A stretch of DNA of 64,000 bases from an uncultured Actinomycetes bacterium (GTDB taxonomy: Bacteria; Actinomycetota; Thermoleophilia; UBA2241): NCBI GenBank assembly GCA_963709345.1, contig CAVPVX010000002.1:32001-96000 (forward strand). Reading direction: 5' to 3'. Below are positions 53,045 through 63,337 of this stretch, in pieces (the first letter of the stretch is position 1; each line of letters begins with the position of its first letter). The notes beneath the pieces are model-generated. The model worked only from the letters and a program-made list of their open reading frames with translations, did no database searches and was not told the origin of the DNA. The position numbers and the translations under genes are program-made.

Positions 53045-55207
53045 TCACGCCTTGAGCAACCAGCCGAGCTCGCGCCCGAAGGCCGCGTCGACCGCCGCCT
53101 TGAGGGGCGCGTTCACCGGGCTGCTCAAGCCGGGGTCATCGGCGAGGATGCCGGCGGCCAGCTCGCGGGCGCGGAGCAGGGCGGCACGGTCGCGAGCCAG
53201 GCGGGCGAGCTTGAGATCGGGCACGCCCGCCTGACGCACGCCGAGCACCTGGCCCTCGCCGCGGATCTCCAGGTCGCGATCGGCGAGTTCGAACCCGTCG
53301 TTCGTCTCGAGCAGCGCCCCGAGACGTGCCTGAGAACTGCCCGTCTCGGGGTTCGAGAACAGGAGGCAGTAGGACTTCTCGCTGCTCCTGCCGACACGCC
53401 CGCGGAGCTGGTGCAGCTGGGCGAGCCCGAATCGCTCCGCGCCCTCGACGATCATGACGGTGGCGTTCGGCACGTCGATGCCGACCTCGATGAGGCTCGT
53501 CGCCACGAGCACGTCGACCTTGCCGGCCTTGAACGCCCCCATCACCGCATCGCGGTCCGCCGACCTGAGTTGGCCGTGCGCCACCGCGACGCAAGCGTCG
53601 CGGAACGGCCCGGCCTGCAGTCGCTCCGCCTCGGCCACCGCCGTCGCCGCGTCGATCGACTCCGACTCGTCGATGGCCGGGCACACGACGTACGCCTGGC
53701 GCCCCTTCGCCAGCTGCCGCTTCACGAAGTCGTAGCCGTCCTCGCGGCGTTCCTCGTCGACCAGACGCGTGACCACCGGCCGGCGTCCGGCCGGAGCCGC
53801 GGCGATCGTCGTCACGTCCAGGTCGCCAAACACGGTGAGCGCCAGGGTCCGCGGGATCGGCGTCGCCGTCATGTGCAGGACGTGTGGCGCGGCGTCGTCG
53901 CGCTCCGCCCGGCGCACCAGCTCGTCGCGCTGCTCCACGCCGAAGCGGTGCTGTTCGTCGACGACCAGCAGGGCGAGCCGGGCGAAGCGGACGTCATCCT
54001 GAAGCAGCGCGTGCGTGCCGATGACGACCAGCGCCTCGCCGCTCGCCACACGCTCGAGCGCCGCGCGGCGATCCTTCGCCCCGAGCGCGGCGGTCACCAG
54101 CTGCACGGGGACGAGGGCGCCGGCGAAGCGCGCCGCGGTCTCGGCGTGTTGCAGTGCCAGCGTCTCCGTCGGCGCCATGAGCACACCCTGCATGCCGGCC
54201 TCCGCGGCACGCACCAGGCAGTGCAGCGCCACGACCGTCTTGCCCGACCCGACGTCGCCCTGCAACAGCCGGCGCATCGGCACCGTGCCCCGAAGGTCGG
54301 ACTCGAGCTCGTCGAGGGCCTCGAGCTGGTGCTCAGTGAGCTCGAAGGGCAGCCCGTCCAGGAACGCCCGGCTGAGATCGCCGGGCGGAGGCAGCGCCGG
54401 GGCGCGCAGGCGCCGCTGCTGCTCGCCCTTGTGCTGCAGCAGCCCCACCTGCATGAGGACGAGCTCCTCGAGAACGAGCCGCTCCCGCGCCAGTCTCGCC
54501 GCGGCCAGGTCCCGGGGGACGTGCACGGCAAGCGTCGCGTCCGCTCGGGACGGCAGGCGCTCCCGCGCGCGGAGCGCGGCGGGCAACGGGTCCGGCAGCC
54601 GCCGCATCACCGGCGTCACCTCACGCACGAGCCCTCGCAGCAGGCGCGCCGACACCTGCTCGCTGGCGGGGTACACCGCCACTACGCCCTCCGTATGGAC
54701 CCCTTCCCCGCCCTCTTCCTCGAGGATCTCGTGGCTCTTGACGACGAACGACTGGCGCCCGCCCTGCGGCCGGAAGGTGCCTCTCAGGCTGAGCCTCATC
54801 CCTTCCGCCAGCACCTTGCCGAGATACCGCTGGTTGAACCATACCGCCTCGACGGCGCCGGTCTCGTCGCGGAGCAGCACGCGCACGACGTCGACGCGCC
54901 GGCGCGCCGTGCGGTCGGCAGTCACGCGCGCCACCTCGCCGCGGATCGTCGCCTCCTCACCCACTCTGAGCTCGCGAATCCGCTTGCGATCGCGGTAATC
55001 CTCGTAGCGGCGAGGGAAGTGATCGATGAGGTCGCCGACCGTTTCGAGGTCAAGCGACGCCAGCCGCCGGGCGACGTGGGCCGTGACGTGCTCGAGGCCG
55101 GAGAGAGGCGCGGCGAGCGCCGAGGGATCGAACGAAAGGCGCGTGACCGGCGGCCGTTCGTGGTACCGGCCGCCGCCGAAGAGGAGCGGGAGTCCGGACT
55201 CGGTCAC
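53045..55207 (-). CDS. recG: ATP-dependent DNA helicase RecG
   Basis: QGDVGSGKT, DEQHRFG, TATPIPRT, QLRGRVGR; GTGA overlap with the DegV stop. Confidence 0.96.
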   Translation of the reverse strand: MTESGLPLLFGGGRYHERPPVTRLSFDPSALAAPLSGLEHVTAHVARRLASLDLETVGDLIDHFPRRYEDYRDRKRIRELRVGEEATIRGEVARVTADRTARRRVDVVRVLLRDETGAVEAVWFNQRYLGKVLAEGMRLSLRGTFRPQGGRQSFVVKSHEILEEEGGEGVHTEGVVAVYPASEQVSARLLRGLVREVTPVMRRLPDPLPAALRARERLPSRADATLAVHVPRDLAAARLARERLVLEELVLMQVGLLQHKGEQQRRLRAPALPPPGDLSRAFLDGLPFELTEHQLEALDELESDLRGTVPMRRLLQGDVGSGKTVVALHCLVRAAEAGMQGVLMAPTETLALQHAETAARFAGALVPVQLVTAALGAKDRRAALERVASGEALVVIGTHALLQDDVRFARLALLVVDEQHRFGVEQRDELVRRAERDDAAPHVLHMTATPIPRTLALTVFGDLDVTTIAAAPAGRRPVVTRLVDEERREDGYDFVKRQLAKGRQAYVVCPAIDESESIDAATAVAEAERLQAGPFRDACVAVAHGQLRSADRDAVMGAFKAGKVDVLVATSLIEVGIDVPNATVMIVEGAERFGLAQLHQLRGRVGRSSEKSYCLLFSNPETGSSQARLGALLETNDGFELADRDLEIRGEGQVLGVRQAGVPDLKLARLARDRAALLRARELAAGILADDPGLSSPVNAPLKAAVDAAFGRELGWLLKA

Positions 55208-56064
55208 TCCGCGATCATGGCAAAGGCGGCGGTCCCCGGGCCGATATGGGTACCGACCACCGCGGCGACGTGGCCCTGGAAGGTGTAGTGGGCGTTCGGA
55301 CGCAGCCGCTCGATCATCTCGCGGATGAGCGGAGGCTCCTCGTCGTTCACGGCGTCGATGATGCAGAAGTACAGGTCGTCGTCCGGCTTGCTGTTCTCCT
55401 CGACGAAGCGCTCCATCGCCGCCATCGCCTTCTTCTGACCGCGCACCTTGGCGTAGCCGGCGAGCGTGCCGTCCTGGGCGATGATGAGCGGCTTGATGTC
55501 GAAGACGCCGCCGATCAGCGAGGCGGCACGGCCGATACGGCCGCCGCGGCGCAGGTACTCGAGCGTGGCGGCGTGGACCATCAGGCTCGAGTGGTCGATG
55601 AAGTGCCCCACGTAGGCCTGCGCCTCGTCCATGGTGCACCCGGCCTCGAGGCGCACCCGGAGGCGCTCGGTGGCAAGGGACAGCGCGCTGGTCACGGTGC
55701 GCATGTCGTAGACGTGCACGGCGTCGAACTGCTCGGCCGCTTGCTCGGCTGCCCGCACCGTGCCGCTCATCTCGCCCGAGAGGTGCAGCGAGAAGACGTG
55801 CTCGTACTCCGCCAGGGCCTTCTCGTAGACCGCGGTGAACTCGCCGGCCGTCGGCTGGGACGTGGTCGGCAGGACATCCGTCGCCTCGAGCTTCGCGAAG
55901 AACTCCCTATACGTCATGTCGATCCCGTCACGGTACATCTCGTCGCCGAAGTGCACCTTGAGCGGCACCATGTACAGGCCGGGGCGGTCGAAGAAGCCCT
56001 CCGGCGGATCGCAGGTCGAGTCGCAGACGATGGCGGTGTTCTCGAGTGTCAGCAGTTGGGTCAT
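55204..56064 (-). CDS. DegV family fatty acid-binding protein (FakB)
   Basis: DSTCD, PTTSQP, LSGEMSGT, YLRRGGRIG, THIGPG. Confidence 0.92.
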   Translation of the reverse strand: MTQLLTLENTAIVCDSTCDPPEGFFDRPGLYMVPLKVHFGDEMYRDGIDMTYREFFAKLEATDVLPTTSQPTAGEFTAVYEKALAEYEHVFSLHLSGEMSGTVRAAEQAAEQFDAVHVYDMRTVTSALSLATERLRVRLEAGCTMDEAQAYVGHFIDHSSLMVHAATLEYLRRGGRIGRAASLIGGVFDIKPLIIAQDGTLAGYAKVRGQKKAMAAMERFVEENSKPDDDLYFCIIDAVNDEEPPLIREMIERLRPNAHYTFQGHVAAVVGTHIGPGTAAFAMIAE

Positions 56065-57704
56065 TCGGCGCTCGCTAGGATCGGGTACAGGGGCTGACCG
56101 CCGTCGTGGAAGCTCACTTCGGCGGCCGGGACGAGCTCGGCGGCGAGCGTCTCGAGGGCCTCGCGGCCGACGCCCGAGCCGTTGAGCGCAGTGAGGACGG
56201 TGACGTACTCGGCATCACCGGCGGCGAACTCGCGAAGCACGCCGCCGAACGCCGTCTCGAGGTCGTCGGCCGCGGCCACGAGCAGGCCGTCGACGATGCC
56301 CATCGCCTGGCCCTCTCGGACGGCGACGCCATCGAGCTCGGAGTCGCGCACCGCGCGCGTCACCTCCGCAGACCGGAGGCCGTCGATGGCCTCCTGCATG
56401 AGCCTCGCGTTGCCGATGGCGTCCGACGCGGGATCGAACGCGACCATGGCCGCCAGGCCGCTGGGGATCGAATTCGACGGCACCACGGCGATGTGGAGGC
56501 CGCTCATCCCGGCCGCCTGCTCCGCCGCCAGGATGACGTTGCCGTTGTTGGGCAGCACGACGACCTCTTCCACGCCGAGTTCGTCCACAGCCGCGAGAAG
56601 CTGCGCCGCGCTCGGGTTCATCGACTGCCCTCCGTCGACGATCGCGTGGCAGCCCAACTCGCGGAAGAGCCGCTGATTGCCGGCGCCGGCGACCACTGCG
56701 ACGACGACCGTGCCGCCCTCGCCCACCACCGGGGCCGGAGAAGCGCTCAGGCGCTCGTCGCGTTCGCGCGTCTGCGCGTGCATGTCGTTGATCTCGACGT
56801 CGCCGATGGCGCCGTACTTGATCGCCTCGCTGAGCACGTGCCCGGGGTCGTTGACGTGGACGTGCACCTTGACGGCGCGCTCGTCTCCGACCACCAGGCC
56901 GCTGTCGCCCAGCGGCAGCAGGAAGGCCTCGAAGGCGTCGCGATCGATGCTCTCGCCGGAGATGAGGAAGCTGGTGCAGTACTGATAAGCGGAGAGCTCG
57001 CTGGGCTCCTCGACCGTCACGCGGCGCGGCGCACCGCCTCGCGCCCCGCCCGTCGCCGGCGCCACACGGCGCGCCTTCGCGGCCGGCGTCGCGTCGTGCG
57101 CAAGCGCCTGGATGCCGTCGATCATGCCACGGAAGAGCACGAGCAGGCCGTAGCCTCCCGCGTCGACGACGCCGGCCTTCGCCAGGGCCGGCAGCTGTGC
57201 GGTCGTGTTCTCGACCGCGACTCTCCCGGCCTCCTCCACCGCCGCCAGCAGGTGCTCCAGGCCGAGGCTGTCGGGCACACCCTGCGCCGCCGTGGACATC
57301 TCGCGGATCACGGTGAGCATCGTGCCTTCGACCGGCTCCTTGACGGCGCGGTACGCGGCCGCCTGCCCCTCTGCCAGCGCCTCCTTGAACACGGCGGTGT
57401 CGAGCGCGTTCGAGCGACCCCAGACCTCGCAAAGGCCGCGCACGATCTGCGACAGGATCACGCCGGAGTTGCCGCGCGCGCCCATGAGCGACCCCTTGGT
57501 CACCGCGGCCGCGACTGACGGGATATCGTTGACGTCGCTCTGCTCGAGCTCTTCGACGACGGCGCGGACGGTGAGCGCCAGGTTGATCCCCGTGTCCCCG
57601 TCGGGCACCGGATACACGTTGAGGTCGTTGATGTACTGCCGCTCGGCCTCGACAGCCGCCAGTCCGGATTCGATGACGCGGAGTGCGGCGCTACGGACGA
57701 TCAA
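56061..57704 (-). CDS. DAK2 domain fatty acid kinase (FakA/YloV)
   Basis: LNVYPVPDGDTG, GARGNSGVILSQ, VVDAGG, GGQSMNPS; TTGA overlap with the Asp23 stop. Confidence 0.92.
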   Translation of the reverse strand: MIVRSAALRVIESGLAAVEAERQYINDLNVYPVPDGDTGINLALTVRAVVEELEQSDVNDIPSVAAAVTKGSLMGARGNSGVILSQIVRGLCEVWGRSNALDTAVFKEALAEGQAAAYRAVKEPVEGTMLTVIREMSTAAQGVPDSLGLEHLLAAVEEAGRVAVENTTAQLPALAKAGVVDAGGYGLLVLFRGMIDGIQALAHDATPAAKARRVAPATGGARGGAPRRVTVEEPSELSAYQYCTSFLISGESIDRDAFEAFLLPLGDSGLVVGDERAVKVHVHVNDPGHVLSEAIKYGAIGDVEINDMHAQTRERDERLSASPAPVVGEGGTVVVAVVAGAGNQRLFRELGCHAIVDGGQSMNPSAAQLLAAVDELGVEEVVVLPNNGNVILAAEQAAGMSGLHIAVVPSNSIPSGLAAMVAFDPASDAIGNARLMQEAIDGLRSAEVTRAVRDSELDGVAVREGQAMGIVDGLLVAAADDLETAFGGVLREFAAGDAEYVTVLTALNGSGVGREALETLAAELVPAAEVSFHDGGQPLYPILASAE

Positions 57705-58066
57705 TCTTGAAGATCCTCGACGCGGACGCTGATCTCGCCGACCGGCACGCCGCCGACCAACTCGACCTGGTACCGTACCTGCTCCTGCAGGTTCGCCGTG
57801 ACCTGCGCGATGTTGACGCCGCGCTCCATGATCACGTGCAAGCCGATGCTCACCTTGTCGTCGTCGACGTCGAGTTCGACGCCTTCTACGAAGGAGCCGC
57901 GGAAGAAACGGCCGATCTTCTTCATCGGCGACTCCTGCATGGCGACGACGCCGTACGTGGCGCGAGCCGCCGTGCCGGCCAGTTTGGCGATCACCTGATG
58001 GGACACGGTGACGCCTCCGCTGAGACCGGTACCGGCGAAGGGGATCCTGAGGTCGGACTGGGACAT
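57701..58066 (-). CDS. Asp23/Gls24 family protein (YloU-like)
   Basis: VIAKLAG..ATYGVVAM, GVNIAQV..LQEQVRYQVE; upstream of DAK2. Confidence 0.88.
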   Translation of the reverse strand: MSQSDLRIPFAGTGLSGGVTVSHQVIAKLAGTAARATYGVVAMQESPMKKIGRFFRGSFVEGVELDVDDDKVSIGLHVIMERGVNIAQVTANLQEQVRYQVELVGGVPVGEISVRVEDLQD

Positions 58067-58080
58067 CGTCGGCCGCCCCC

Positions 58081-58281
58081 TCAGTCGCCCTTGAGATGGT
58101 TGAGTTCGTCCACCACGACGTCCGGATCGACCTGGTGGAGGATGGCTCCAGCCTCGATGGTCTCCGACTGCGCACCGATGCACAGGCTACAGGCCATCCC
58201 GTGGCCCTCGAAGATGTCGCGCGCGCCCGTGTGGGCGGCCAGCGCCTCGAAGATCGGCATGTCCTTGCTGAAACGCGTCAT
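58081..58281 (-). CDS. DUF1858 domain small protein
   Basis: KDMPIFEAL..HGMACSLC..ETIEAGAILH. Confidence 0.8.
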   Translation of the reverse strand: MTRFSKDMPIFEALAAHTGARDIFEGHGMACSLCIGAQSETIEAGAILHQVDPDVVVDELNHLKGD

Positions 58282-58332
58282 CGCATCTCGCATGGCTGGT
58301 GACCTCGCTCGATGGTCACGCCAGTCCCCCGT

Positions 58333-58361
58333 TTGCGTTGCCTGACCCGGTGCAGCATACT
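58333..58361 (+). promoter_or_regulatory. Candidate rpmB promoter
   Basis: TTGCGT-17nt-CATACT. Confidence 0.5.
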
Positions 58362-58398
58362 AGCGCGACTGTTCACCAATCAAGCTGAGGGTACACCC

Positions 58399-58590
58399 AT
58401 GTCCAAGATTTGCGTGACCTGCGGCAAGACTCCCGCGATCGGCAACAACGTCAGCCACTCGCACCGCCACACGAAGCGCCGCTTCAACCCCAATCTGCAG
58501 CGTGTGCGCATCCTCGTCGAGGGCCACCCGCAGAACGCCTACGTCTGCACCCGCTGCCTCAAGTCTGGCAAGGTAGTCAAGGCCGTCTGA
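58399..58590 (+). CDS. rpmB: 50S ribosomal protein L28 (Zn-binding form)
   Basis: [32 protein letters not shown]. Confidence 0.96.
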   Translation: MSKICVTCGKTPAIGNNVSHSHRHTKRRFNPNLQRVRILVEGHPQNAYVCTRCLKSGKVVKAV

Positions 58591-58604
58591 CACCGCGCAA
58601 TGCC

Positions 58605-58634
58605 GGGCCGCGCCGCTCTACGGCGCGGCCCTTT
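58605..58634 (+). terminator. Terminator after rpmB
   Basis: GGGCCGCGCCG-CTCTA-CGGCGCGGCCC-TTT. Confidence 0.75.
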
Positions 58635-58861
58635 CGCGTTAAGGGCCCGGTCACCCCGAGTCCTTGCCGAACACCCTCTCCCGCAGGATACGCCCCAGGG
58701 TATCCTGGTGCAGCATCCGACGCACACCACCGGAGAGGTTCGTGGGCGAAGAGCCAGGGATCCGACGCGCGCGTCCCGCGAAGCCGCACGCGAGACGGCC
58801 GGTCCCACCTCGCCCGCGGATGAGGCGGACGACGCGCCGCCACGGGCGCGCCGGTAGGCCG

Positions 58862-59326
58862 TCAGGGCAGGGTGCGCGCCAGACTGGCCATCTCCAGCGC
58901 CGTCGAAGCCGCCGCCCAGCCCTTGTTGCCGGCCTTCGTGCCGGCGCGCTCCACCGCCTGCTCGATGGTGTCGGTGGTGAGGACGCCGAAGATGACCGGG
59001 ACGCCGCTGTCGAGGCTCACCTTGGCGATGCCCTTCGCGGCCTCACCGGCCACGTAGTCGAAGTGCGGCGTCCCGCCGCGGATCACCGCGCCGAGGCAGA
59101 TCACGGCGTCGTAGCGGCCGCTCTCGGCGAGCTTCTTGGCCACCAGCGGCATCTCGAAGGCGCCGGGGACCCACGCCGAGTCGACATCGGCGTCGTCGAC
59201 GTCGTGGCGGCGCAGACAGTCCAGGGCGCCCGCGTACAGACGGCCGGAGATGAGTTCGTTGAAGCGCCCGATCACAAGGCCGAACTTCATCCCCTTGCCG
59301 TTGAGCATGCCTTCGTAGGTCGTCAT
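58862..59326 (-). CDS. ribH: 6,7-dimethyl-8-ribityllumazine synthase
   Basis: [27 protein letters not shown]; own AAAGGAG SD. Confidence 0.96.
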   Translation of the reverse strand: MTTYEGMLNGKGMKFGLVIGRFNELISGRLYAGALDCLRRHDVDDADVDSAWVPGAFEMPLVAKKLAESGRYDAVICLGAVIRGGTPHFDYVAGEAAKGIAKVSLDSGVPVIFGVLTTDTIEQAVERAGTKAGNKGWAAASTALEMASLARTLP

Positions 59327-59391
59327 CGTGCGGCTCCTTTGCCGTGGTTGCAGCCTGGTGAGTGGCGGCTGAGCGCCCTCAGTCGCGCGGC

Positions 59392-60697
59392 TCAGCCCTC
59401 GATGCCCTCGTCGTTCCCGAACAGGTCCTCGTGCACCAGCATGTGGCCCATCTTGTCGCGCTTGGTGCGCAGGTAGCACACGTTGTCCTCCATGCGGCGC
59501 CATCTCGATGGATTCACGGCCCGTGACCGTCAGACCGTAGCCCTGCAGCGCGACGATCTTCTTGGGATTGTTCGTCATGATGCGGATCGTCGAAAGGCCG
59601 AGGTCGGCGAGGATCTGCGCGCCGATGCCGTAATCGCGCAGGTCGGGGGCGAATCCGAGCTCCTGGTTGGCCTCCACCGTGTCGAAGCCCTCCTCCTGGA
59701 GCGCGTAGGCCTTGAGCTTGTTGATGAGGCCGATGCCGCGGCCCTCCTGACGCATGTAGAGAACGACCCCCAGGCCCTCCTCCTCGATGCGCCGCATCGC
59801 CTCGGCGAGCTGCTCGCCGCAGTCGCAGCGGAGCGAGCCGAAGGTGTCGCCGGTGAGGCACTCGGAGTGGACGCGCACGAGCACGTCCCTCTTGCCGGCC
59901 ACGTCGCCCTTGACGATCGCCACGTGATGGCCGCCGTCGAGCACCGACTCGTAGCCGATCGCTTTGAAGTCGCCGTACTTGGTCGGCATCGCCACCGTCG
60001 CGGCCCGGCGCACGAGCTTCTCGTTGCGGCGCCGGTACTTGATGAGGTCGGCGACGGTGATCATCTTGAGCCCGTGCTTGCGGGCGTAGGGGATGAGGTC
60101 GGGCACGCGAGCCATCGTGCCGTCGTCGTTCATGATCTCGCAGATCACGGCGGATGGGTTGAGGCGTGCCAGCCGGGCGAGGTCGACCCCGGCCTCCGTC
60201 TGGCCACTGCGCTCGAGCACGCCGCCGGGGCGGGCCATGAGCGGGAAGATGTGGCCCGGCTGCACGAGGTCCTCGGGGCCCGATTCAGGATCGATCGCGA
60301 CCTGGATCGTGTGCGCCCGGTCGGCGGCCGAGATGCCCGTCGTCACGCCCTCGCGGGCTTCGACGGACACGGTGAACGCCGTCTGCAGACGCGTCTCGTT
60401 GTGGCTCGTCATGGGCGGCAGATCGAGCTCGGAGCAGCGTTGCGGCGTCAGCGTGAGACAGATGAGCCCGCGGCCTTCCCTCGCCATGAAGTTGATGTTC
60501 TCGGCGGTGGCGAACTGGGCCGCAAGCGTCAGGTCGCCCTCGTTCTCGCGGTCCTCGTCGTCGCACACGATGACCATCTTGCCTTCGCGCAAGTCGTCGA
60601 GCGCCCCTTCGATGGCGGCGAAAGGGCCCGGCCGCTCCCCGTCCCCGGTCTCCTCATCGCCGCGACCCGCCGCGACGTCATCTCGGTCCAGCCTCAT
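59392..60697 (-). CDS. ribBA: Bifunctional DHBP synthase/GTP cyclohydrolase II, +1 frameshift near 59490
   Basis: [38 protein letters not shown]; conserved C-terminus [14 protein letters not shown] is in a shifted frame ending TGA 59392. Confidence 0.92.
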
Positions 60698-61338
60698 CAG
60701 AACCCCGCTTCCGCTAGCTTCTCCCAGGTGAGTCCGCCGGCCGGCTTGCGCCCGCCGACGAACGAGTACACGTACTTGGCGATCAGATCCGCCTCCACAT
60801 TGACTCGGGAGCCCTTCGTCAGGCGCCCGAGCGTCGTGACCGCGGCAGTGTGGGGGATCAGCGAGACGCGTACGTGATCGCCCTCCACCCCGACGACCGT
60901 CAGGCTCACGCCGTCGACGGCCACGGAACCCTGCGGCACGGTCAAGCGCGCGACGGTCTCCGGCGCGTCGATGTCGACGACCAGCGCGTTGTCCTCCGGG
61001 GTGACGGCCACGACGACGCCGGGCCCGTCCACGTGACCGCTGACGAGGTGTCCGCCGAGTCGGGACCGCAGCGTCATCGCCCGCTCCAGGTTGAGTCCGT
61101 CGCCCGGCCGGCGCTCCGCCAGCGTCGTGCGGCGCACCGTCTCCGGCATCGCGTCGGCGGTGAACCCGTCGGTGCGAACGGCCGTCACTGTGAGACAGAC
61201 GCCGTCGGTCAGGATGCTGTCGCCGACAGCCGTCCCCTCCGTCACGGCCAGGGCGTGGACGTCGAGCACGGCGCTCGTCTCGCCGACGCGCAGGCTGCGC
61301 AACTCCCCAACCTCTTCCACGATGCCGGTGAACATCAC
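60697..61338 (-). CDS. ribE: Riboflavin synthase
   Basis: [31 protein letters not shown]. Confidence 0.96.
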   Translation of the reverse strand: MMFTGIVEEVGELRSLRVGETSAVLDVHALAVTEGTAVGDSILTDGVCLTVTAVRTDGFTADAMPETVRRTTLAERRPGDGLNLERAMTLRSRLGGHLVSGHVDGPGVVVAVTPEDNALVVDIDAPETVARLTVPQGSVAVDGVSLTVVGVEGDHVRVSLIPHTAAVTTLGRLTKGSRVNVEADLIAKYVYSFVGGRKPAGGLTWEKLAEAGF

Positions 61339-62423
61339 GCGCCGCCCTTCTCGAGGTCTCCGCTGAGCACCAGGTCATCGCAGACCCGGCGCCACTCGAC
61401 GTTCGCCACACGCCAGGCCCCGGCGACCGCGTCGACCGCCGGCGCCGCGAACAGGTCGGGCGCGCCGCGCCCGACCACGAGCGGCGCCACGAACAGCAAC
61501 AAGCGGTCGATGAGCCCGTCGCCGAGCAGAGCCCCGGCGAGCGTCGGGCCGCCTTCGCAGAGGATGTCGAGCAGGCCGCGTTCGGCGAGCGCGGCCAGAG
61601 CCGCGCGCAGGCCTCCGTCGCCCACCTCGACGAGCTCCACTCTGCGCGCCGCGAGCAGGCGCCGCTGCGCCGCCCCCGCGCGCTCGGCCACGACGATCGT
61701 CGGTGAGCGGCCGGCCGTGGCCAGCAGCTTTGCCTCCGGGGGAAGCTCGGCCGCGCGGGAGATGACGACGCGCACGGGATCTCGCCCCTCCACCAGCCGC
61801 ACGGTGAGCTCGGGGTCGTCGCGGCGCACCGTCCCGGCGCCTACGAGCACCGCGTCGACCGACGCGCGCAGCTCATGCACGGCACGCCGGCTGTCCTCGC
61901 AGCTGATCCAGCGAGCGTCGCCCCCGGCGGCGGCCACCTTGCCGTCCAGTGTGACAGCCGCCTTGTACGTGACCAGGGGAAGGCCGGTGCGCTGGAACTT
62001 CACGAACGGTGCGTTCTGCGCCCGCGCTCTGCCACTCCAGCGGCTCTCGGCGAGATCCACAGCGACGCCCCCGGCGCGAAGACGCGCAAGGCCGCAGCCG
62101 TCGACCTGCGGGTTGGGATCCTGCAGGGCGATCACCGCCCTGGCGACGCCGGCGGCGACGAGCGCATCGGCGCAGGGAGGCGTCCTGCCTTCGTGGCTGC
62201 ACGGCTCGAGCGTGCAATACAGCGTGGCGCCGCGCGTGGCGGGGCCCGCCTCGGCGAGCGCCATGGCCTCGGCGTGCGGCTCACCCGGTCGCAGGTGCCA
62301 GCCACGCCCCACGACCTCCCCGTCGCGCACCAGCACGGCGCCGACACGAGGATTGGGGTGCGTGGTGCCCCGGCCGCGCTCGGCCAGATCGAACGCCTCG
62401 TCCATGAATCGCTCGTCGTCCAT
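61335..62423 (-). CDS. ribD: Riboflavin biosynthesis deaminase/reductase RibD
   Basis: PNPRVG, HAE, LEPCSH..TPPC, EGG. Confidence 0.95.
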   Translation of the reverse strand: MDDERFMDEAFDLAERGRGTTHPNPRVGAVLVRDGEVVGRGWHLRPGEPHAEAMALAEAGPATRGATLYCTLEPCSHEGRTPPCADALVAAGVARAVIALQDPNPQVDGCGLARLRAGGVAVDLAESRWSGRARAQNAPFVKFQRTGLPLVTYKAAVTLDGKVAAAGGDARWISCEDSRRAVHELRASVDAVLVGAGTVRRDDPELTVRLVEGRDPVRVVISRAAELPPEAKLLATAGRSPTIVVAERAGAAQRRLLAARRVELVEVGDGGLRAALAALAERGLLDILCEGGPTLAGALLGDGLIDRLLLFVAPLVVGRGAPDLFAAPAVDAVAGAWRVANVEWRRVCDDLVLSGDLEKGGA

Positions 62424-62477
62424 ATGCAGCACGCCCCGGAGACACGCTCCAGGGCGGACGACGCCGAAGCGCCGACC

Positions 62478-62591
62478 CTGCTTCTCTCATCCGGACTGTG
62501 ACCGTCGGCCCAGGAATCTCACCTGGTCGGCCCCTCGCGGGGCTCGCGGGCTGTTACCGCCGGTGGGGACTTCCACCCCGCCCTGAAGCAG
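62478..62591 (-). ncRNA. FMN riboswitch (RFN element)
   Basis: CTTCAGGGCGGGGTGGAAGTCCCCACCGGCGGT..AGCCCGCGAG..GCCGACGGT..AGTCCGGATGAGAGAAG upstream of ribD. Confidence 0.96.
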
Positions 62592-62608
62592 CTTGATCTT
62601 CCGCCGTG

Positions 62609-62614
62609 ATTATA
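62609..62614 (-). promoter_or_regulatory. -10 box of the rib operon promoter
   Basis: Perfect TATAAT overlapping the rpe TAA stop, just upstream of the riboswitch. Confidence 0.7.
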
Positions 62615-63290
62615 CGGCGTTCGCGGCGGCCTGCGCCACTATCGCGAACCGCCCCTCGATATCGTTGCCGCCGAACACGCTCGAACCGGCCACGAGCAGG
62701 TTCGCGCCGGCGGCGACGAGCGTGCCCGCGTTGAACTCCGTCACGCCGCCGTCGACCTCGATCGCGACCTGCTCGGGCAGATACGCCCGGGCGCGCCGCA
62801 GCTTGGCCGTCGAGGTCTCGATGAAGCTCTGCCCGCCGAAGCCTGGGTTCACCGACATGATGAGGACGAGGTCGCAGTGCTCGCGCGCCTCGGCCAGCGT
62901 CTCCACGGGAGTCGCAGGGTTCAGCGCCACGCCGGCGGCGGCGCCGGCCTCCCGGATCTGGCCCAGCACCCGGTGCAGGTGCACGCAGGCCTCCTGGTGG
63001 ACGACGACGATGTCGGCGCCGGCCGCCACGAAGGCGTCGACGTACCGTTCCGGGTGCTCGATCATCAGATGGACGTCGAGCAGCGCGCCTGCGCCGTTGA
63101 CCAACGGCTGCAGGGCCTTGAGCACGAGGGGGCCGATGGTGATGTTGGGGACGAAGTGCCCGTCCATGACGTCCACGTGGATGACGCGGGCGCCCGCGTT
63201 CAGCACGGCCTCGACGTCGTCGCCGAGACGCGAGAAGTCCGCAGACAGGATCGAGGGTGCCACATTGATTCCGTGCAGGATGTCGTCCAC
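62610..63290 (-). CDS. rpe: Ribulose-phosphate 3-epimerase
   Basis: [31 protein letters not shown]; GGAGGAG SD + GTG. Confidence 0.96.
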   Translation of the reverse strand: MDDILHGINVAPSILSADFSRLGDDVEAVLNAGARVIHVDVMDGHFVPNITIGPLVLKALQPLVNGAGALLDVHLMIEHPERYVDAFVAAGADIVVVHQEACVHLHRVLGQIREAGAAAGVALNPATPVETLAEAREHCDLVLIMSVNPGFGGQSFIETSTAKLRRARAYLPEQVAIEVDGGVTEFNAGTLVAAGANLLVAGSSVFGGNDIEGRFAIVAQAAANAV

Positions 63291-63337
63291 TGCTCCTCCG
63301 TTGCCTGGTCGCCGCGGCGCGTCGCCGCAGGACAAGT

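Noticed and set aside
58632-58830. Partial resemblance to THF (TTCGCGTTAAG), glycine (GGAGAG/CTCTC) or cobalamin riboswitches and an HDV-like ribozyme
   Set aside because: Only short words match, the other conserved motifs are absent, and no downstream gene is positioned for cis control
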